From Marine Group I thaumarchaeote (lineage in GTDB: Archaea; Thermoproteota; Nitrososphaeria; Nitrososphaerales; Nitrosopumilaceae): a stretch of 24,000 bases of DNA. Positions 1 through 7,585 of the stretch are shown here, one piece after another. The position numbers and the translations under genes are program-made. Numbering within the stretch: the stretch's first letter is position 1; each line of letters opens with the position of its first letter. The notes beneath the pieces were generated by a model. The model ran no database searches. It was not told the DNA's origin and saw only the letters and a list, made by a program, of their open reading frames with translations. The stretch lies in contig JACATA010000001.1 in assembly GCA_013390375.1 (NCBI GenBank), positions 50,211 through 74,210 on the forward strand. The letters are read 5' to 3'.

Positions 1-233
1 ACTATAGTGTTCTTTGTGATCACAACCGCAAGATCAATTGGATCAGGAACATCCAGAACACTCTTGTACGCTTTTTGATCAAAAACCGTTTCTCTTGTTG
101 GGCTAATCGGATAGACTGTTCCTTTGTAGCCATTCATAATATTAGATGTAATTGCACGACCTACGCTACCTTGTTTATCAGATGCACCTATTACCGCGAT
201 AGATTTTGGAGAAAGAAATACTGATTCAGACAT
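1..233 (-). CDS. ADP-forming acyl-CoA synthetase family protein, N-terminal CoA-binding domain (5' fragment; the gene runs off the window start)
   Basis: Not in the ORF track because there is no stop in the window. Reverse-strand translation from the ATG at 233..231 gives MSESVFLSPKSIAVIGASDKQGSVGRAITSNIMNGYKGTVYPISPTRETVFDQKAYKSVLDVPDPIDLAVVITKNTI.. The SIAVIGAS-x5-G, Y-PI-P and DLAVV patterns match the succinyl-CoA-synthetase-like CoA-binding fold that opens NDP-forming acyl-CoA ligases. Confidence 0.7.
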   Translation of the reverse strand, partial: MSESVFLSPKSIAVIGASDKQGSVGRAITSNIMNGYKGTVYPISPTRETVFDQKAYKSVLDVPDPIDLAVVITKNTI

Positions 234-284
234 TGTGATGAACTTGCTCAACTAATTTTCTGTAATAAAGCTATTCATGATTAT

Positions 285-641
285 CTAACTGCCTAGCATT
301 TTACCAGCAAGATTTTCACTTCTTGGAACCCACGTAAGTTTAAGATTGGAAAATTTTGCCATTAGTGACCAGGCCTCTCTCGCTAGAGAACGGAGTTCTT
401 CGTTATTAATTGCAAATTCATGATTTAGTTGGTTTACTGTATTCTTTGAATCACTGTAAATTATAATTTCGTCATTTGAATTTTCAAATTTTTTTAATGC
501 GGAAATTATTGCCATGTATTCTGCTTGATTATTAGTAATTTCTGGTTTATTTTCATAATTCGATTCACCAGTCTCCTTAACAAAAAATCCATAGCCTGAA
601 TTTGTTCCACCGGAACCGTCAACGTAAATGCTTAATGTCAT
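285..641 (-). CDS. rnhA: Small type-1 RNase H-like protein (118 aa)
   Basis: Three RNase HI carboxylates are recognisable: IYVDGSG (Asp), NNQAEYMAII (Glu) and IIYSDSKN (Asp), followed by a C-terminal WVPRSEN. The position that is usually AD reads AG (ENLAGKML), so the fourth carboxylate looks absent. ATG start. The gene lies 24 nt downstream of the thermosome gene on the same strand. Confidence 0.7.
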   Translation of the reverse strand: MTLSIYVDGSGGTNSGYGFFVKETGESNYENKPEITNNQAEYMAIISALKKFENSNDEIIIYSDSKNTVNQLNHEFAINNEELRSLAREAWSLMAKFSNLKLTWVPRSENLAGKMLGS

Positions 642-665
642 ATTTGAATAACCTCAAAAATTTTC

Positions 666-2372
666 CTAATAGTAATGGTGTGGTCCACGTTGCTCTTTAC
701 CTAATCTATCTAATCTTTCATTATGGTGTTCGTGTTTTAGACTTCCTCCTTTGTGGGTATGTGTTGGACCATTAGCATGAGTATGCGTAAACATTTCAGG
801 TGTTTTCATAAAAATATCATCAATTCCTAATAAAATCGAGATTACATCATTTGTGGTCTTGATAACTTGTTCTTTTAGTATTTTTGGTTCGAAGATTTTT
901 TTAGAGAATGTTTCAGTAATTTTTCTTTGATTAGTATCAATTCCATACCACTCACATCTGCCATTATTAGAACTAGAGATCTTGGAGCGAAGAGCTGATA
1001 AAGTGGAAAGATAGTCCATGCCTGCATTTGTTGCCAATGTTAAAGGTATTTGTTCTAATGAATCTGCAAATTTTGCCATTGCTAATTGCTCCTTTCCATC
1101 CACAGAAGTCATAACTTTTCTAATCTTATTTGCAACAATTGCTTCAAATGCACCTCCGCCACCTACAATTTTTGGGTTTTGGATAAAATCACGCAAAACA
1201 TAAATTCCATCTAATATAGTTCTATGAAACTCGTCAAGATATTTTTTGGAATGTGCGCGGATTAAAATCGTCACAGATTTTGGTTTTTTACATCCTTCAA
1301 CAAAGACCATTTTGTCATCCCCTATTTCTTTTTCATATACATGGTTTGCAGTTCCAATTTCATTTGGAGATATTTTCTCAATAGTCTGGCATATTTTGGC
1401 TCCAGTTGCTTTTTCAAGCCAAAATAGATCATTTTCCTTTACACGTCTCAAGGAAATAATTCCATTTCTTGCAAAGTAGGTTTGTGCCATATCGGATATT
1501 CCCTTTCGGGAAAAAACCACATTTGCACCAGACTCGGCTATTTTTTTTACTTTTCTCAGTACCTCAGTTTTTTCTGCTTCTAGAAATGATGACATTTGTT
1601 CTGGTGATGTAATAATAATTTCTGATTCTGTTTTAGTTCTAACCGCATCTAATTCCTCATTGATCAAAATGATTTTTGCATTGGAAATTTGCCTAGGCAT
1701 AAGACTGTTATCGATCGTTTTGTCAATTATGACCCCTTTAACTAATTTAGTATCAGACGCACTTCCAAGTTTTTCTTCAATTTTAATATCATCCACTTCA
1801 ATGTAGTTTGTTTTTAAATCACATATACTACAAACAGCATCTACTATAATTTTCGAGAGATTTTCTGAATCATCAACTAGAGACGACATTGATTTTGAAC
1901 TTAGAGCCGTTCTTACCAAGTCGAAAAATATTCCCTTTTCTAAATTCCTAGTCTCAGATATTTCGTTTAAAGTTTCTAGGGATAATTCTGTTGCTCGTTG
2001 ATAACCAGTGATTATTACAGCTGGGCTAATGCCCAGTTTAATTAATTCAATCGCGTTTTTGGCAAGACTGCCTACTAAAATGACAGAAGATTTTGTACCA
2101 TCTCCAACGCTGTTATCCACTGTGTTTGCTCCGTCAATGACAACTTTTGCTGACGGGTGTTCAACGTCTATCTTTCGTAAGAATGTTCCACCATCTTTTG
2201 TAATTATAGATTCTCCCATGATATCTATGTACATTTTTTCTAATCCACAAGGTCCAAATGATGTTTTTATCGCGTCAGAAAGCATGCTGGCTGCTAATAG
2301 ATTACCGATCAATGTCTCACCCCTACCAGCATTCGTGATATCATCTGCAAGAATACCTTTTGGAATGCTCAA
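666..2372 (-). CDS. Divergent thermosome (group II chaperonin) paralogue with a His-rich C-terminal tail
   Basis: Group II chaperonin motifs are present but altered: FGPCGLEKM (canonical GPxGxDKM), ITKDGGT, VGDGTKS (canonical GDGTTT), IVGGGGAFE and TNAGMD. The usual Gly/Met tail is replaced by ..FTHTHANGPTHTHKGGSLKHEHHNERLDRLGKEQRGPHHYY, with 9 His in the last ~40 aa. I verified the tail by translating 666..800 by hand. The start is TTG at 2372, and there is no in-frame ATG near the N-terminus. Confidence 0.9.
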   Translation of the reverse strand: MSIPKGILADDITNAGRGETLIGNLLAASMLSDAIKTSFGPCGLEKMYIDIMGESIITKDGGTFLRKIDVEHPSAKVVIDGANTVDNSVGDGTKSSVILVGSLAKNAIELIKLGISPAVIITGYQRATELSLETLNEISETRNLEKGIFFDLVRTALSSKSMSSLVDDSENLSKIIVDAVCSICDLKTNYIEVDDIKIEEKLGSASDTKLVKGVIIDKTIDNSLMPRQISNAKIILINEELDAVRTKTESEIIITSPEQMSSFLEAEKTEVLRKVKKIAESGANVVFSRKGISDMAQTYFARNGIISLRRVKENDLFWLEKATGAKICQTIEKISPNEIGTANHVYEKEIGDDKMVFVEGCKKPKSVTILIRAHSKKYLDEFHRTILDGIYVLRDFIQNPKIVGGGGAFEAIVANKIRKVMTSVDGKEQLAMAKFADSLEQIPLTLATNAGMDYLSTLSALRSKISSSNNGRCEWYGIDTNQRKITETFSKKIFEPKILKEQVIKTTNDVISILLGIDDIFMKTPEMFTHTHANGPTHTHKGGSLKHEHHNERLDRLGKEQRGPHHYY

Positions 2373-2596
2373 TCATTGCTTTACTTGTGAGTAATTAATA
2401 AAATGGATCAAAAAATTTTTTGTTGATTTTAAAAAGAATAATGATTTATGCAAATACAAGAATGCACGTAATTACTACAAATGAACCAATAATTTGCAGT
2501 AATCTAGATTTCTTGTTTTCAAAAGATAGTCTACCACATGAAAAACAATAATGATCTTTTTTCAACACAAACCATACTAACACTTGTTTTAAAAAA

Positions 2597-2761
2597 TTAT
2601 CTTTTTCTATAATCGCGAGTAATTCTAAAGAGCAACCAAATACATGCCATTGCAATAGTTCCAATCCCTAATCCTACATAAAATGGATCAGGTGGCTGTA
2701 GCTGTGTTAGAACAAAACCCATAAGCATGAACATTATAGCAACCACATCACCTTTGTTCAT
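2597..2761 (-). CDS. Possible 54-aa two-TM membrane peptide (below the ORF-track size cut-off)
   Basis: Hand translation from the ATG at 2761 gives MNKGDVVAIMFMLMGFVLTQLQPPDPFYVGLGIGTIAMACIWLLFRITRDYRKR*. It shows two hydrophobic helices and a basic tail. An A/T-rich TATA-like stretch (TTTTTAAT) lies ~30 nt upstream. It overlaps, and competes with, track ORF 2446..2664. Confidence 0.3.
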   Translation of the reverse strand: MNKGDVVAIMFMLMGFVLTQLQPPDPFYVGLGIGTIAMACIWLLFRITRDYRKR

Positions 2762-2841
2762 GTGATGGATTTGGAATCAAGCCATTAAAAAGTAGTTATT
2801 AATCAAAAAACTTCAATTAACAGAAAAATTGACTATCTGTA

Positions 2842-4074
2842 ATGAAATTTAAGAACTCGCCAAAAGAATCAGACGAATTAATCTATGAAGCAGTTTCATT
2901 ATTCAAGAAAAATAAATTCAAAATGGCACTATCAATTTTTGACAAACTTTTAAAAATTAATCCAAAAAGCTTGATTGCATTATCGCATAAGGCTGCTACT
3001 CTTTATGAGTTATCAAGATTTGATGAGGCGATGAAATACTGTGATCAAGTTCTGGAAGAAGATCCGCTATATCTTCACGCATTGTTTTACAAGGGTTTAG
3101 TACTTGGAAAAATGGGTGAACATCAGAAGGCAATCAGCTTCTTTGATAAAGTTTTACAAACAGATCGTAAACATGTGTTGGCATTATACAATGAGGGTGT
3201 ACAGTTTGGCAAGATTGGCAAATATGAAGATGCAGTAAAATTTTTTGAAAAAACATTAGAGGCTGAGCCAGAAAATTCAAGTGCAATGTATGAAACAGGT
3301 CGAGCCCTAGCAAAATTGGGTAAAACCAAGGAGAGTTTGTTGTGGTTTGACCGGGCAATTAAAGTCGATGCAAAAGAATCAATGTCATATTATAACGAGG
3401 GGGTAGATCTTACAAAAGCAAACAATCACCAAGAAGCTATTGTGTATTACGATAAAGCATTAGATCTTGATAAAAACAATGTAAAAGCACTGGTAGCAAA
3501 AGGCTATACTCTTGATGTAGCCGGTTTTTCTTACAAGCAAGTTGTATCATTGTATGACAGAGCACTAAAAATTGACCCAAAATGTACTGAGGCAATACTG
3601 AAGAAGGGAGTTGTGTTTGAGCGAGTTGGTTTATACCATAGGGCAGTTTCATCGTATGAGAATCTGTTAAAAATTGAACCAGAAAACGTTGAGGCGTTAT
3701 ACGGCAAAGCTGTTTCATTAAACTCGCAAAAAAAATACCAGGAGGCGGAATTTTTTTGTAAACGTGCGATAGCTATAGAACCAAAAAATTTGAGGGCTCT
3801 TGGCAGTATGGTTTGGATCCTTGAACATCAGAAAAGATACGAAGAAGCCATGACTTATTGCGACAAGGCAATTGAGATTAATCCTAATTTCTTCTACACT
3901 TTGAGTTACAAAGGAAAGCTGCTTTACGATTTGGGGAGATTTTCTGAGGCTTTAGTTTACTATGACAAAGCTCTAAAGCTGAGTCCAGACGATAGAAGAG
4001 CTCTTCACTACAGAAATAAGATTACAAATAAATTTGGAAAATTAAAGAAAAAACCCTTTCCTATTAAATTTTGA
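2842..4074 (+). CDS. Tetratricopeptide-repeat (TPR) protein, about 11 tandem repeats
   Basis: The whole 410-aa protein is a run of 34-aa units with the TPR pattern (..A...Y.KAL...P....AL..KG..), for example EAMKYCDQVLEEDPLYLHALFYKGLVLGKMGEHQKAISFFDKVLQTD. ATG start. Its stop codon is 1 nt from the stop of the convergent symporter gene. Confidence 0.9.
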   Translation: MKFKNSPKESDELIYEAVSLFKKNKFKMALSIFDKLLKINPKSLIALSHKAATLYELSRFDEAMKYCDQVLEEDPLYLHALFYKGLVLGKMGEHQKAISFFDKVLQTDRKHVLALYNEGVQFGKIGKYEDAVKFFEKTLEAEPENSSAMYETGRALAKLGKTKESLLWFDRAIKVDAKESMSYYNEGVDLTKANNHQEAIVYYDKALDLDKNNVKALVAKGYTLDVAGFSYKQVVSLYDRALKIDPKCTEAILKKGVVFERVGLYHRAVSSYENLLKIEPENVEALYGKAVSLNSQKKYQEAEFFCKRAIAIEPKNLRALGSMVWILEHQKRYEEAMTYCDKAIEINPNFFYTLSYKGKLLYDLGRFSEALVYYDKALKLSPDDRRALHYRNKITNKFGKLKKKPFPIKF

Positions 4075-4075
4075 C

Positions 4076-5629
4076 TTAAGCAGGTGTACTAGTTTGAGGA
4101 CCTGGCTTGAAACCCCTTAAGTCCTCACCTGCAATAACGTCTTCCACAGGTGGTGCATAATCTCTGACATCGTGTCGTTCCTTGCCAGGATAATTCTTTT
4201 GTGTAGCTAGTGCAACTGCAATGAATAAGAAGAATGCAATGATAGGTGGAATCATACTATCCAAGCCCGCATATTCTACAGCAAGATAGCCCGTTGTCTC
4301 CATATCAATCCAGAAGATTAGTCTTATTCCAGAGCCTACAAGTAGTGCAACAACTGCAGCTGGCATGTTAGATTTCTTCCAAAACAATCCAAGTGTTAAC
4401 GGAGCCCATGCTCCTGCAAACACAACATCAAAAGCTAGAATCAAGTAAAATCCAGGGTTTGGAGCTACCCAAGCAAGAAGTACACCAACTCCAAACATTG
4501 GTATAACACAAATTCGTGTTATCCACAATAATTTGTTGTCACTCCATGCATCCCTCTTGAGCCACCGTCGCCGGATTATACGTTGTATAAGATTACGCGA
4601 AATTACAGCCGAAATTCCAAGCAGACCTCCGTTTGCAGTAGACATTCCCGCTCCAAGAACTCCAATCAGCATTGCCGCCCCAATTGCAAATGGCATGTGT
4701 TCCATTGCAAGCAAAGGCATAGCCATTCCTGGATCTTCAAGCGAAGGCAGATAGAACATCGCAATCATTCCCAACATGCTTGTGGGAATTACTGTGAACA
4801 ATGTCAAGCCGCCTCCCCAAAGTGCACCACGCCGAGCTACCTTCGGGTTTTTAGCAGCAAACACCCTTTCCATAAAGTCTAGAGCTATTACATCACCAAG
4901 TCCCAAGGCAAATAATGCTGCCCAATTAAGCAACGCACCATTTTCTATAACATACAGAGCCGTCAAGTCCATAGTGCCATCTGGGAACGAATCTGAAATT
5001 TCTGCCCACGGTGTATCGGCATATCCCCCTGCAAAGAAGATGAAAGCAGCCCAAAATGCCACAATAGCAATATGAACTTGGAAAAGATCCGTAGCCGCAC
5101 AGGAAAACAAGCCTCCACAGAATGTGTATATCAAGACAACTGTTGCGACGATAAGCAATCCCCAAATGTAACTTACGCCAAATACCAATTCACAAATCAA
5201 GCCAGCCGCTGCCAAGTTTCCAGCAACTAAAATAACAAAACTGATAATCATTAATACTGATGAGATGCCTTCTGCTCCATTTCCAAATCGTCTAAAGTAG
5301 AAATCAGGCAAAGTAAACATTTGCATAAAGTTAAGACGCTTAGCATAGAAGATACCAACTAGCAGCAGACATACACCAAGTCCAATCGGCAATACTGCTC
5401 CAGCATAAAATCCAAATTCCCAGACAAGCGCCATATTACCTAATGATGAGTTTCCATCAATTGATTGGGCTGCCAACATTGTTCCCACCAAAAACAGGGG
5501 AAGGCTTCTGCCTGCTACAATTAATCTTCGGCCACTTTTCTGTACAAGTTTCCACATGAGGGAGCCTGCAATTACTGACCCTGCCAAAAATATAGCTACG
5601 ACAATGCCAAAATCTGTAAATTCTGCCAA
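4076..5629 (-). CDS. Sodium:solute symporter (SSS) family transporter, likely DUR3-like urea transporter
   Basis: A 517-aa polytopic membrane protein with Gly/Ala/Leu-rich helices throughout and SSS-like N-terminal topology. The urea specificity is inferred from its position beside the ure genes and from the known association of SSS/DUR3-type transporters with thaumarchaeal urease loci. The start is TTG at 5629, and the next in-frame Met would delete TM1. Confidence 0.8.
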   Translation of the reverse strand: MAEFTDFGIVVAIFLAGSVIAGSLMWKLVQKSGRRLIVAGRSLPLFLVGTMLAAQSIDGNSSLGNMALVWEFGFYAGAVLPIGLGVCLLLVGIFYAKRLNFMQMFTLPDFYFRRFGNGAEGISSVLMIISFVILVAGNLAAAGLICELVFGVSYIWGLLIVATVVLIYTFCGGLFSCAATDLFQVHIAIVAFWAAFIFFAGGYADTPWAEISDSFPDGTMDLTALYVIENGALLNWAALFALGLGDVIALDFMERVFAAKNPKVARRGALWGGGLTLFTVIPTSMLGMIAMFYLPSLEDPGMAMPLLAMEHMPFAIGAAMLIGVLGAGMSTANGGLLGISAVISRNLIQRIIRRRWLKRDAWSDNKLLWITRICVIPMFGVGVLLAWVAPNPGFYLILAFDVVFAGAWAPLTLGLFWKKSNMPAAVVALLVGSGIRLIFWIDMETTGYLAVEYAGLDSMIPPIIAFFLFIAVALATQKNYPGKERHDVRDYAPPVEDVIAGEDLRGFKPGPQTSTPA

Positions 5630-5642
5630 ACTAATATACGCG

Positions 5643-5658
5643 ATATTTTTATTATTTA
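5643..5658 (-). promoter_or_regulatory. TATA-like box upstream of the symporter gene
   Basis: The reverse strand reads CTTAAATAATAAAAATATCGCGTATATTAGT-TTG. The A/T box lies about 21-29 nt upstream of the start codon, which fits a leaderless or very short-leader archaeal transcript. Confidence 0.4.
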
Positions 5659-5696
5659 AGAATTGATTTATTTTTCCAGATCGCTCTATTATTAGA

Positions 5697-5726
5697 TGAT
5701 TTTGTGAAAACTAGTATGGATATCAA
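5697..5726 (+). repeat. Left arm of a 30-bp inverted repeat (29/30 identical to 6074..6103)
   Basis: The left arm is TGATTTTGTGAAAACTAGTATGGATATCAA. The reverse complement of 6074..6103 is TGATTTTGTGAAAACTAGCATGGATATCAA. This arm contains an ATG (5716) that opens only a 12-codon ORF (MDIKLILVLHQP*, 5716..5754). Confidence 0.9.
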
Positions 5727-5757
5727 ACTAATCTTAGTGCTACACCAACCATGATCG

Positions 5758-6144
5758 CTATTTTAGGATGTTGTATTTAGTAGCAAAATTCTTAATTTCA
5801 GAAAATTCCATTTCCTTTAAAATGAATTTGGTATAATCATCCCTGTTTATGTGATGCTCGTACTCAACGTTAATGACTTTATCATAAACACGTGGAGGAC
5901 TGGGTATTCTTCCACAAACTTCCTTACAAATTTGCTCTAGTTGGAGAAATTGAAACTTATCCAGCATTTCTAGCGTTAAAATGACCTGCTGCTCCTGTTT
6001 TTCCATTTTTTCATAATCCTTTGGTGATGTATTCTTTTCCTGCTCATCCGCCACAAAATCCGCTAAAAACTCCTTGATATCCATGCTAGTTTTCACAAAA
6101 TCAACAATATAACAGATCACATTAAATGGGATCCATTGTGTCAA
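5758..6144 (-). CDS. Hypothetical protein (track ORF 128 aa; likely real start is the ATG at 6087, giving 109 aa MDIKEFLADF...)
   Basis: I recognised no family. The longer ORF would overlap the upstream gene by 23 nt. The ATG at 6087 sits inside the inverted-repeat arm and has a TATA-like TTATATTG about 25 nt upstream, in the 34-nt gap after the upstream stop. Confidence 0.5.
   Translation of the reverse strand: MTQWIPFNVICYIVDFVKTSMDIKEFLADFVADEQEKNTSPKDYEKMEKQEQQVILTLEMLDKFQFLQLEQICKEVCGRIPSPPRVYDKVINVEYEHHINRDDYTKFILKEMEFSEIKNFATKYNILK
6074..6103 (-). repeat. Right arm of the 30-bp inverted repeat (partner of 5697..5726)
   Basis: See the left arm. This arm contains the probable start codon and 18 nt of upstream sequence of the hypothetical gene. 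Confidence 0.9.
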
Positions 6145-6418
6145 TTAGCCTTGCATTTGTTACATTACCGCTTTTTTCTTGAATTTCTAAATCGACGGTG
6201 TTTTTTTTGCCTTCAAGACTGAAGGTAACTTGAACATCCCAAGCTACACGTGGGCCAAATTCCGGAAGTGCAAAAACCTCACGAATTTTAAAATTACTTA
6301 TACTATTACCGTATAAAGCCTCAATTGTCCTCTTTGATTCTTTTTCTATTTCTTGAGGCGTAGTTACTTGAACCATTAACTTTGCATGAACTTCTCTATA
6401 AAAAAAGTTTTGTGGCAA
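6122..6418 (-). CDS. Hypothetical small protein (98 aa from TTG, or 84 aa from the ATG at 6376)
   Basis: An open frame on the same strand as, and directly upstream of, the 5758..6144 gene. The composition is that of a soluble alpha/beta protein. I recognised no motif. Confidence 0.5.
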   Translation of the reverse strand: MPQNFFYREVHAKLMVQVTTPQEIEKESKRTIEALYGNSISNFKIREVFALPEFGPRVAWDVQVTFSLEGKKNTVDLEIQEKSGNVTNARLIDTMDPI

Positions 6419-6469
6419 TAGGCAAATTTAATTATATTCTAACACACTAAATTTTGAAACAAATTGGGA

Positions 6470-7585
6470 ATGGAAGCTTATGGTGATGATTACAAGGGCG
6501 CACCAGAACCAATTTTTTGTGGAATACCAACATTTTTGAAATTACCGCTTTTAAAAAATCAGCAAGAATTACAGAAATCAAAGCCGGACATTGCAATAAT
6601 TGGTGAACCGTTTGATTTTGGAACTACAATTAGACCCGGTGCACGTTATGGTCCTAGAGCAATTAGGGCAGCATCAACAGTCCCATCACCTCCGTACGAA
6701 CATTTCAACATAGAAACGGGTGTTGATCCATTTGGAGTATTCAAAGTTGCAGACTATGGAGATGTCAATGTATCACCTGGAGATGTGATTGAATCGTTAA
6801 GAAGAATGACGGACAAGGTGAAATCTGTACTTGATATTGATGCTATGCCAATAATGCTTGGAGGGGATCACTCTATTACATTTGCAAATGTACGGGCTTT
6901 TGCCAAAAAACACAAAAACATTGGCATGATACATATCGATACACATGCAGATTGTGCACCGCAAGGACTAACTGGTTTCAAATACGATCACGGTGCACAC
7001 ATTCGCCGAATAATGGAATTAGGTTGCCTTAAAGGGAAAAATTATACCTTGATAGGACCTCGCGGATATTGGCCAGGACCTGATCTTTACAAATGGATGG
7101 CAGACCAAGACTTTCAATGGTTTACCATGTTAGATGTTGAAGAGCTTGGTATAGATCAAATAGCAAAAGAGGCAGCTGACAGAGCAAATGATAACGTTGA
7201 CGGTGTTTTCATAAGCTGGGACATAGACACCTTTGATCCTGCATATGCACCTGGAACAGGAGAGCCGGAACCAAACGGTTTGACTTCTCGTGAAGGAATG
7301 AGATTGATGAGATTGTTATCTACATCATTTGATCCAGATACGTTTGGATTTGATCTAGTTGAAGTTTCTCCAGCATATGACGTGAGTGATGTAAACTCAT
7401 ACAATGGAGGCATCACTTCAGGGTTAGCTAATAGATTAATTGTAGAATTGATGGCGGGGTTATCTTTGACAAAAAAAGGAGAGCGTGAGGGTAATCCTGT
7501 TAGGCCAAAGTCATACAGAGGAACTGGAAACACATATAGCTTTGGCGGACCAAAAGCAGAACCACCTTCTCCTAGAAAAAATTGA
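6470..7585 (+). CDS. Arginase/agmatinase-family ureohydrolase (agmatinase-, guanidino-acid- or guanidine-hydrolase-like)
   Basis: All family metal-site motifs are present: LGGDHSITF, IHIDTHADC, SWDIDTFDPAYAPGTGEPEPNGLT and DLVEVSPAYD. The track ORF starts at TTG 6464, and the first ATG is 6470 (MEAYGDDY..). A ~40-aa Pro/Gly/Lys-rich C-terminal extension (..TKKGEREGNPVRPKSYRGTGNTYSFGGPKAEPPSPRKN) follows the fold. Confidence 0.9.
   Translation: MEAYGDDYKGAPEPIFCGIPTFLKLPLLKNQQELQKSKPDIAIIGEPFDFGTTIRPGARYGPRAIRAASTVPSPPYEHFNIETGVDPFGVFKVADYGDVNVSPGDVIESLRRMTDKVKSVLDIDAMPIMLGGDHSITFANVRAFAKKHKNIGMIHIDTHADCAPQGLTGFKYDHGAHIRRIMELGCLKGKNYTLIGPRGYWPGPDLYKWMADQDFQWFTMLDVEELGIDQIAKEAADRANDNVDGVFISWDIDTFDPAYAPGTGEPEPNGLTSREGMRLMRLLSTSFDPDTFGFDLVEVSPAYDVSDVNSYNGGITSGLANRLIVELMAGLSLTKKGEREGNPVRPKSYRGTGNTYSFGGPKAEPPSPRKN

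Noticed and set aside
1018-2394. Three plus-strand track ORFs (1018..1203, 1246..1479, 2008..2394) inside the thermosome gene
   Set aside because: They lie entirely antisense to a strongly supported 568-aa chaperonin. Their composition is low-complexity and Ser/Phe/Ile-rich, and they carry no motifs. They are shadow ORFs.
2446-2664. 72-aa track ORF taken at full length
   Set aside because: Its first ~23 codons overlap the more convincing 54-aa membrane ORF by 68 nt. Only its distal part may be real, as described in the finding on this spacer.
3123-3718. Minus-strand ORFs (3123..3329, 3134..3358, 3437..3718) inside the TPR gene
   Set aside because: They are antisense shadows of a clear repeat protein. 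They overlap each other in different frames and show no recognisable features.
4533-5165. Four ORFs of 73-99 aa (three on the plus strand, one on the minus strand) overlapping the symporter gene
   Set aside because: They are long alternative-frame ORFs of the kind expected where local G+C is higher. Their translations are Arg/Ser/Pro/Cys-rich nonsense, whereas the 517-aa frame is a coherent polytopic transporter.
4076-5629. Elevated G+C of the symporter gene (spot counts 43-50%) as a sign of horizontal transfer
   Set aside because: A spot count in ureC also gives about 45%. The Gly/Ala-rich membrane-protein composition also raises G+C. The effect therefore looks like constraint on conserved genes rather than foreign origin. 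Only the integrase gene (47-53%) stands out convincingly.
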